A program made the translations under genes and the position numbers. The notes below the pieces were generated by a model, which was not told where the DNA came from, searched no databases, and saw nothing but the letters and a program-made list of their open reading frames with translations. From contig CALCGS010000031.1 in assembly GCA_937901165.1 (NCBI GenBank), forward strand, positions 1-34,896: a stretch of 34,896 nt of DNA, read 5' to 3'. Positions within the stretch are counted from its first letter, which is position 1, and every line of letters begins with the position of its first letter. The stretch comes from an uncultured Alphaproteobacteria bacterium. Its GTDB lineage: Bacteria > Pseudomonadota > Alphaproteobacteria > Rs-D84. Of this stretch, positions 19,851 to 25,129 are shown piece by piece.

Positions 19851-20186
19851 ATGACAATTACAATAATAACAATATGTGGTGACCCGTTTAAGTGGGAATC
19901 AGAAATCACATATCTTGCTGAACGAATGACTTGTTCTGGGAAATATTGTGTTTTAACACCAGTTATTCCGTTTATAAAACATCCACCTGTGGGGGGTATG
20001 TTTACAGCCTCAGAAATAGGTCGTTTAGTTGATGCGCAACGTATAAAGATAAATTTATCGTCGGCAATATTAGTTATGGATACAAACGGTGTCGTTGATG
20101 AAGTAACTCAATGTGAAGTAGCCTATGCGAAAATGAAGAAAAAGCAAATAATGTATTACAGCCAGGAAATACATAATTGGAGATAA
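19851..20186 (+). CDS. hypothetical protein (111 aa); weak resemblance to small Rossmann-like nucleoside 2-deoxyribosyltransferase-like (DUF4406-type) proteins
   Basis: Good RBS. The N-terminal beta-strand-like ITIITICGD and the C-terminal SSAILVMD...DEVTQCEVAYAKMKKKQIMY pattern underlie the weak resemblance. The family assignment is a guess from pattern only. Confidence 0.6.
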   Translation: MTITIITICGDPFKWESEITYLAERMTCSGKYCVLTPVIPFIKHPPVGGMFTASEIGRLVDAQRIKINLSSAILVMDTNGVVDEVTQCEVAYAKMKKKQIMYYSQEIHNWR

Positions 20187-20215
20187 ACTCGCGTTTTGCC
20201 AGCACCCCACAACCA
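20186..20215 (+). repeat. tRNA-3'-end-like motif copy X1 (direct)
   Basis: AACTCGCGTTTTGCCAGCACCCCACAACCA begins on the last base of the ORF111 stop codon. The core matches revcomp of X3 at 18 of 22 positions, and its left part is identical to X2 (AACTCGCGTTT). Confidence 0.7.
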
Positions 20216-20310
20216 CACTTCGCGCCTGCGACGCTTCGTGTGGCGGGCCACACGGACGGAGCAGTTATCGCAAAGTAGTGTCCACCGTAGCCTTGGCGTA
20301 GGCGGACAGG
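20186..20310 (+). ncRNA. candidate structured GC-rich leader / ncRNA upstream of the GIY-YIG gene
   Basis: A strongly GC-enriched stretch of ~125 nt in an AT-rich genome. GTGTGG (20238-20243) can pair either with CCACAC at 20213-20218 or with CCACAC at 20248-20253. A further stem GTCCACC (20280-20286)/GGCGGAC (20301-20307) abuts the AGGAA RBS at 20308-20312. Confidence 0.3.
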
Positions 20311-20322
20311 AATAAAATTTAA

Positions 20323-20568
20323 ATGTTTTATGTATATCTTATAAAAAGCATTTCCCACCCTGAACAAAAATACATCGGTCAAACAGATGATTTGAAACAA
20401 CGGCTAAAGCAACATAATGCAGGATATTCAATACACACAGCAAAATATAAACCATGGGAATTGGTAAATTACTTTGCTTTTACCTCAAAAGATGCAGCAT
20501 TAAAATTTGAACAATATCTTAAAACAGGTTCCGGATACGCATTCGCAAAAAGACATTTTTGGAAATAG
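20323..20568 (+). CDS. small GIY-YIG (URI-domain only, COG2827/UPF0213-like) nuclease family protein
   Basis: 81 aa. YVYLIKS...KYIGQT forms the GIY...YIG strands, followed by LKQRLKQHN and a C-terminal GSGYAFAKRHFW, typical of the stand-alone small GIY-YIG family. Confidence 0.85.
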   Translation: MFYVYLIKSISHPEQKYIGQTDDLKQRLKQHNAGYSIHTAKYKPWELVNYFAFTSKDAALKFEQYLKTGSGYAFAKRHFWK

Positions 20569-20672
20569 TTTATCAAGGCCTCGTGCGCATTCCAGAGAGT
20601 AAAACAAATACTCTTCCGCAAAGTTCGAAAGTCAATTTTTCTATTTTTAACTACTATCTGGCACTTTCGAAC
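20568..20672 (+). repeat. direct repeat A2 (~105 bp) ending in copy 2 of the 50-bp inverted-arm element (arms 20623-20632 / 20663-20672)
   Basis: It starts on the last base of the GIY-YIG stop codon and aligns with 19677-19780. Confidence 0.85.
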
Positions 20673-20770
20673 TTTTTAATACATTGCAAATAGTAGATAT
20701 TGTTTTCGAACTGATAAAAACACTACATTCACAATAAAAACATGCTCTGAATATATTTATCGTTCATTAT

Positions 20771-20792
20771 GGTTGTGGTGTGTGGGCGAAAC
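20771..20792 (-). repeat. tRNA-3'-end-like motif copy X3 (inverted); left arm of a perfect 22-bp inverted repeat
   Basis: GGTTGTGGTGTGTGGGCGAAAC is the exact reverse complement of 21467-21488. Confidence 0.9.
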
Positions 20793-20812
20793 ATTAACAG
20801 TATAAAAATCTT

Positions 20813-21361
20813 TTATCTGGAATTATTTAAAGCAGATTGTGTATTACGAATGCGTTCTTGCAACGCTTTATATTTGAGACGTCCGTTTATTCTCCCATCA
20901 AACCCTTTTCTATGTTCATGGGTGTGCAGGCAAAACCAATCTTGTCGCAAATGAGAAGAAATCATATAAGAAAACTTTTTCAGCACGCGTTCCACAATCG
21001 TTTTATATGTATCAGAAGGCAATAACGTAATACCATTTGTAGCCCTATCACCACCATAATATTTCCATTCTAAAAAAACATCTATTTCATATGGATACGG
21101 TGGCAAACCATTATTGTAAAGTTTAGGATTATAATATTTTTCCCAATATGCACTTAATGCAGAATCTTCCTGTATTCTTTCGTGCAACCAATCTTCGTGG
21201 GATTTCCTGAAATCTGGTGATTCAAGAGTCACAATAGTTTTGTGTAAGGAATTGGAGTTCCAATGTAAAGTAAAAAAATCTGGAGTATTTACTTCTTGTA
21301 CATAATATAACAATTCATAAATGTTATGATAGAATAATTCCCAATCCGGACGTTCTGACAT
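20813..21361 (-). CDS. hypothetical protein (182 aa), His/Trp/Tyr-rich, no family recognised
   Basis: Uninterrupted ORF that fills the segment between the 22-bp inverted repeats. It contains HEDWLHE and HTHEH motifs. Confidence 0.65.
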   Translation of the reverse strand: MSERPDWELFYHNIYELLYYVQEVNTPDFFTLHWNSNSLHKTIVTLESPDFRKSHEDWLHERIQEDSALSAYWEKYYNPKLYNNGLPPYPYEIDVFLEWKYYGGDRATNGITLLPSDTYKTIVERVLKKFSYMISSHLRQDWFCLHTHEHRKGFDGRINGRLKYKALQERIRNTQSALNNSR

Positions 21362-21459
21362 AATATATACCTATATAATTGCTCTCACACTCCCTATTAT
21401 CTAAAGGAAAGTATATATATAAGTTCGATAAAAATCAACATATTATTAACATTGATAAC

Positions 21460-21497
21460 AACTCGCGTTTCGCCCACACACCACAACCAAAATTAAA
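21460..21497 (+). repeat. tRNA-3'-end-like motif copy X2 (direct); right arm of the perfect 22-bp inverted repeat
   Basis: AACTCGCGTTTCGCCCACACACCACAACCAAAATTAAA shares AACCAAAATTAAA with the tRNA-Gln 3' end and flank (19518-19531). Confidence 0.85.
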
Positions 21498-21500
21498 AAA

Positions 21501-21521
21501 ATGCCCGTTGGGGCATTTTTT
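21501..21521 (+). terminator. orphan terminator-like hairpin following X2 (mimics the tRNA-Gln terminator)
   Basis: ATGCCC-GTTG-GGGCAT followed by TTTTTT. It has the same architecture and spacing as 19535-19556, but no plus-strand gene ends here. Confidence 0.5.
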
Positions 21522-21545
21522 ATTTGAAACACAAGGATTTGGCGA

Positions 21546-21595
21546 GTTCGAAAGTCAATTTTTTAATTTTTGTATTCTTATCAGCACTTTCGAAC
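21546..21595. repeat. copy 3 of the 50-bp inverted-arm element
   Basis: GTTCGAAAGT-30 nt-ACTTTCGAAC. A TATAAT hexamer lies about 25 nt downstream. Confidence 0.85.
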
Positions 21596-21669
21596 TACGG
21601 AATTTTGTTTCTGCTGTAAAAGGCTATAATCTGCCATCATTTTTTCCACTTATCTCTTGCCCGATTTCC

Positions 21670-21718
21670 AACAACTCGGCTCGCGAATTGCACAGACAGC
21701 ACAAACAAAAATTAAAAA
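21670..21718 (+). repeat. tRNA-3'-end-like motif copy X4 (direct, degenerate)
   Basis: AACAACTCGGCTCGCGAATTGCACAGACAGCACAAACAAAAATTAAAAA aligns with X2 when a few indels are allowed. Confidence 0.45.
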
Positions 21719-21811
21719 CACCTTTCATAAAGTTCTTTTGTGTGTTTTTTTCACATGCTTTAAAAAGACTTGAAAAAGGTGTATAATCAGTCGACAAAAT
21801 GTGTGAATCAA

Positions 21812-22435
21812 TTATTTCTGTCTTGCAAATAATTTACGTAAAGCGACTGGAATTTTATTATTGTTATTCGGCCATATTTCTTTAATTTTTAAATTCACCA
21901 CAACATCCTGTTCTGGTTTCAACACATCATATCCAGGATAAGTAATCGTATACTCGTTTGAAGCCAATGGATTAACTATCAAACCAATCTTTTTTGCATT
22001 ATATACCCATGGAATAATAACAGCATCAGAACTACAATCATCCATTTTTGGGGCTTTAATACCATTTTGTTCAAAATATGCTATTGCATCTGATTTATAC
22101 GGAACCTTTGTGCATACATATAACACCACTTGACGAGTTGTTTCTTTACCGACAACACCTTTTTTGTATTTAAATGAATCATTTGTATGGTTTAAACTTT
22201 CAAACAAATGTTTTTTCTGTTCTTGTTTTGTCGCTAAAACAGGATCAATTATATAATCACACCGATAAATAGTCAATTTTGTTCCATCTTGATTCAAGGA
22301 TTTATTTTTTGCCAACCACTTTACAAACTCAGCTGCATTTTTAATATCGGATGGAACTAGATAATCTAATGTACCATCATTAATTTTATACTTTGTTTCA
22401 ATAAGATAGTTTTTGCCATTATTATCATATTTCAT
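21812..22435 (-). CDS. hypothetical protein (207 aa from the ATG), distant paralog of the next gene
   Basis: I prefer ATG 22435..22433, which has an AAGGA RBS 7 nt upstream, over the TTG at 22468 in the track. The C-terminal motif LKPEQDVVVNLKIKEIWPNNNNKIPVALRKLF is shared with the 190-aa ORF. Confidence 0.65.
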   Translation of the reverse strand: MKYDNNGKNYLIETKYKINDGTLDYLVPSDIKNAAEFVKWLAKNKSLNQDGTKLTIYRCDYIIDPVLATKQEQKKHLFESLNHTNDSFKYKKGVVGKETTRQVVLYVCTKVPYKSDAIAYFEQNGIKAPKMDDCSSDAVIIPWVYNAKKIGLIVNPLASNEYTITYPGYDVLKPEQDVVVNLKIKEIWPNNNNKIPVALRKLFARQK

Positions 22436-22595
22436 TTTTGCATCCTTATTTTTTATCCGTCCATACAAACAATATAGTATTAAAAAAAAAATAGCAACAG
22501 ATTTATATAAACATTATAATAATTATAAAGCGACGCATCTTTGTGGTGTAATTTATCAGACTCTGATAGTGTTGCACAGATTTGAAAATAATTGC

Positions 22596-22625
22596 AAAAA
22601 GAAAACCCTGTAATTCAGGGTTTTT
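22596..22625 (-). terminator. rho-independent terminator after the 190-aa ORF
   Basis: AAAACCCTG / CAGGGTTTT stem with a 5-nt loop, flanked by T-rich and A-rich runs on both sides. It lies 10 nt from the stop at 22635. Confidence 0.6.
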
Positions 22626-22634
22626 ACATTATTG

Positions 22635-23207
22635 CTATCTTAATATACAATTTTTCCCCTTTAACAACAGATTTGTTAAACCCTTTGGTATCGTACCAAA
22701 ATCAGCATTTTTAGGGTATATTTGACATATATTTGTATCAACAACAATATCTTTTTCATCTAGTGGTCTAAGGTTAAAATAGATTTCATCAGGGTACCAT
22801 TTACCAGATGATAAAATGAACACAGGTGTATTTGTATCGTAAATTTTAGAATAAGGATAAATAAACTTTTTAACATCTTGTGGGTATATTAATTTATTAG
22901 TTGTTGACATAATGAATTTAAATTTTTGTGGATCATAAAAATCGTGTGCTTGTTTTCCACCTTCTTCATAGATGCATATTTTTCTGTAACATTCAAAGCT
23001 GTATGTTTTTTTATCGCGTTGATAAAGATGTGGAATTTTATTACAAAAAATCTTTATTTCTTCTATTTGATTTTCGAGTCCTTTACTTTCTATAGTTTGG
23101 TTTTCCCCAAAACAAGTATCACTTTCTCTATATCTAATATGACCATCATTAGTGTTATGGGTATCAAATGTGCCAATCTTAAATTCAACATCGCTTTTAA
23201 ATATCAT
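22635..23207 (-). CDS. hypothetical protein (190 aa), distant paralog of the preceding gene
   Basis: The C-terminal LRPLDEKDIVVDTNICQIYPKNADFGTIPKGLTNLL aligns with the C-terminus of the 207-aa ORF. Confidence 0.65.
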   Translation of the reverse strand: MIFKSDVEFKIGTFDTHNTNDGHIRYRESDTCFGENQTIESKGLENQIEEIKIFCNKIPHLYQRDKKTYSFECYRKICIYEEGGKQAHDFYDPQKFKFIMSTTNKLIYPQDVKKFIYPYSKIYDTNTPVFILSSGKWYPDEIYFNLRPLDEKDIVVDTNICQIYPKNADFGTIPKGLTNLLLKGKNCILR

Positions 23208-23455
23208 TATTCAATCCTTTGCTAGTCTTTTCCTGAATTTATCACAATTTATTGCAAAAGCAAGTTAGTTTTCTGGTGTTTAATTTTGAACCAAGCAATG
23301 TAATATTCAAATATTTGATTGATTACTACCAATATTTAGTTCTATGAAAAAGATACGTTATTTATACTTGCACATAAATAAAATAACATATAAGACAAAA
23401 AAATACGATTTGAATCCACATGAAATTTATTGTCAATGTTTAATGGTTTCTGTAT

Positions 23456-23476
23456 GGTTCTGGGTGTGTCAGAAAC
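23456..23476 (-). repeat. tRNA-3'-end-like motif copy X6 (inverted, degenerate)
   Basis: GGTTCTGGGTGTGTCAGAAAC compared with X3 GGTTGTGGTGTGTGGGCGAAAC matches at about 16-17 of 22 positions with one indel. Both are preceded by AT. Confidence 0.45.
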
Positions 23477-23638
23477 GAAGAATAACCCAACGAACAAGCA
23501 CAGAAAATATTTCATATTTTGTTTTTCAGAATTTTTTCTTAAATCGGTATTTACATTTTGCGTTTATTTTATAAAAAACCCTGGTAAAAAATTTACTTTT
23601 TATTAAGTTTTTGTTTTAATTTGCAATACCCCAACAGA

Positions 23639-23688
23639 ATTCGAAAGTCAATTTTTCTATTTTTAACTTCTATCTTGCACTTTCGAAC
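23639..23688. repeat. copy 4 of the 50-bp inverted-arm element
   Basis: ATTCGAAAGT-30 nt-ACTTTCGAAC matches copy 2 at 47 of 50 positions. It is preceded by CAATACCCCAAC, which resembles the left half of the tRNA-Gln terminator (CAATACCCCCAAC). Confidence 0.85.
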
Positions 23689-23752
23689 CACTTATAAATG
23701 TATTGCAAGAATCTAATCTTTGTGATAATGATGCAATGAAGAGGTTTTGTGT

Positions 23753-24430
23753 ATGACTGGTATTGAATATATAAAAAACGCTGTTTCTGAATTACTTAAA
23801 AATAATTCTAATGGGCATGATGATAAACACGTATTTCGTGTTTATAATACGGCTTTGAATTTTTGTAACGATATTCCGTCTGCAAATCGTGATTTAGTTG
23901 CCACAACAGCCCTATTGCATGATTGTGATGATTACAAATTATTTGGTGAAGAATCTGAACGTTTATTAATAAACACAAGAAAAATACTAGCCAACACTGA
24001 TTTTAGCAACGATTTTTGTGAAAAATGTATAAACATTATCAAAACAATCGGTTACAGCAAAAGACTACAAGGTATTACACCAGATTGCATAGAAGGTAAA
24101 ATTGTTTCTGATGCAGATATGGCTGATGCATCCGGATTTATTGGTATAATACGTTGTATTGAATATCGCCTTGAAAGAAAAGATCCTTTCTTTGATCCAA
24201 ATTGGTTGCCATGTGAAACAGATGCAAAAACATACAGACAACCTATTTGTTGTCCGGTTGTAAATCATTTATTTGACAAAGGTTTACATTTGCGCGACAT
24301 GGCGTTAACAGAACCTGGTCGTAAATATATAAATGACAAACATCAAATATTAATAAACTTTCTTAAAACTTTTTTTGATGAAGTTGATGCACCACGAATA
24401 TGGTATGATTTATTAAAAAAATACGAATAA
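23753..24430 (+). CDS. HD-domain metal-dependent phosphohydrolase
   Basis: H...KH..RV (HDDKHVFRVYN) and LLHDCDD motifs, with a later SDADMADA. I prefer ATG 23753, which has a GAAGAGG RBS 8 nt upstream, over the TTG at 23747. Confidence 0.8.
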   Translation: MTGIEYIKNAVSELLKNNSNGHDDKHVFRVYNTALNFCNDIPSANRDLVATTALLHDCDDYKLFGEESERLLINTRKILANTDFSNDFCEKCINIIKTIGYSKRLQGITPDCIEGKIVSDADMADASGFIGIIRCIEYRLERKDPFFDPNWLPCETDAKTYRQPICCPVVNHLFDKGLHLRDMALTEPGRKYINDKHQILINFLKTFFDEVDAPRIWYDLLKKYE

Positions 24431-24461
24431 ATAAACCTGCGTTATATTAATAGTATTGTTG

Positions 24462-24512
24462 GCCGTTGCACCACAACTAAATTTTTAACCGGCGGTTTGC
24501 CGGTTGTGTTTT
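24462..24512 (+). repeat. tRNA-3'-end-like motif copy X8 (direct) plus hairpin and T-run; candidate right boundary of the island
   Basis: GCCGTTGCACCACAACTAAATTTTT resembles CCGTGCGCCCCAACCAAAATT of the tRNA. It is followed by an AACCGGC-GGTTT-GCCGGTT hairpin and GTGTTTT. The segment after the HD stop, ATAAACCTGCGTT, matches the left part of X1 and X2. Confidence 0.6.
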
Positions 24513-24514
24513 CA

Positions 24515-24949
24515 TTATTTTCTAGTTTTATCGACCTGTTGTTCACGCCTATGGTAAATATTATTAACAATTTGTATTGCAAGGCTATTCCTGTTGTGGT
24601 GATGAGAAAAACTTGGCGCAGTTTCATACAAAAAACGACCCTGAGCGTCTGATAATTTTAATATATCAGCGGCCGTAATATACAAAACTTCTTCCTCTTT
24701 ATTATCCAAATGAGATATATGTTTTTTTAAATTAATACCATTTATAGCATAAATTTCACGAACAAAATCTATATTACTAATTTTCATTAAATTATCATAC
24801 ATTCCCGGTTTAACGTAGATATACTTACATTCTGCACCATTTGCAACAGTGCTATTAACCGGTTCACTATTAACAATCAAATAACGTAAAAGATTCTTAC
24901 TTTCTTGCATTTTTTGCAATTCTTCGGTTGCTTTACCAAAATTATCCAT
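24515..24949 (-). CDS. hypothetical protein (144 aa)
   Basis: Uninterrupted ORF with GGAGTGAAAAT upstream of its ATG. It is convergent on the hairpin at 24487-24505. No family was recognised. Confidence 0.55.
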   Translation of the reverse strand: MDNFGKATEELQKMQESKNLLRYLIVNSEPVNSTVANGAECKYIYVKPGMYDNLMKISNIDFVREIYAINGINLKKHISHLDNKEEEVLYITAADILKLSDAQGRFLYETAPSFSHHHNRNSLAIQIVNNIYHRREQQVDKTRK

Positions 24950-25077
24950 ATTTTCACTCCTTGTTATATACTTGTTATTTAATTAAATTATACAATAAAT
25001 ATCATGTTTTGTCTAATTTTTTTACAAAAACACATTTTTGTTAATTCAATATTTTTAATTTCTTGCTTTACAAAAAG

Positions 25078-25105
25078 TTGACATTTAAATTTTTTCGACT
25101 ATAAT
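25078..25105 (+). promoter_or_regulatory. near-consensus sigma70 promoter of the lipoprotein gene
   Basis: TTGACA-16 nt-TATAAT. An AAGGA RBS lies 7 nt before the ATG at 25130. Confidence 0.55.
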
Positions 25106-25129
25106 TATTTATAGTTCAAGGATGTTAAA

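Noticed and set aside
20074-20400. 108-aa minus-strand ORF across the GC-rich element
   Set aside because: It is antisense to the end of ORF111 and the start of the GIY-YIG gene. The Gly/Ala/Arg-rich translation simply reflects local GC richness.
20771-21488. Interpreting the 22-bp inverted repeats as the ends of an insertion sequence
   Set aside because: The enclosed 182-aa ORF shows no transposase motifs that I can recognise (no DDE, HUH, or serine or tyrosine recombinase signatures), and no target-site duplication flanks the arms. It is kept only as a non-autonomous or invertible-segment hypothesis.
21741-21760. Possible additional inverted motif copy (TTCTTTTGTGTGTTTTTTTCAC) 3' of the 207-aa ORF
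   Set aside because: Only the TGTGTGT core matches, which is too weak to count as a copy.
21379-21786. 135-aa plus-strand ORF in the 450-bp gap
   Set aside because: It reads straight through motif X2, an orphan terminator hairpin, the 50-bp element and motif X4. It has no RBS and a low-complexity translation.
23344-23574. 76-aa plus-strand ORF in the 540-bp gap
   Set aside because: It has no Shine-Dalgarno, is Lys/Tyr/Phe-rich low-complexity sequence, and crosses motif copy X6.
19731-23688. Whether the four 50-bp repeats form a CRISPR array
   Set aside because: Copies lie about 0.9, 0.9 and 2.1 kb apart and are separated by genes, not by regular 25-40-nt spacers. No cas genes are present.
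20186-24512. Whether the tRNA-end-like motifs are classical integron attC sites
   Set aside because: They lack the R''/R' core sites (RYYYAAC / GTTRRRY) and extended imperfect palindromy. Cassettes are in mixed orientation, and no intI gene or attI site is visible. At most this is analogous to an integron, not a canonical one.
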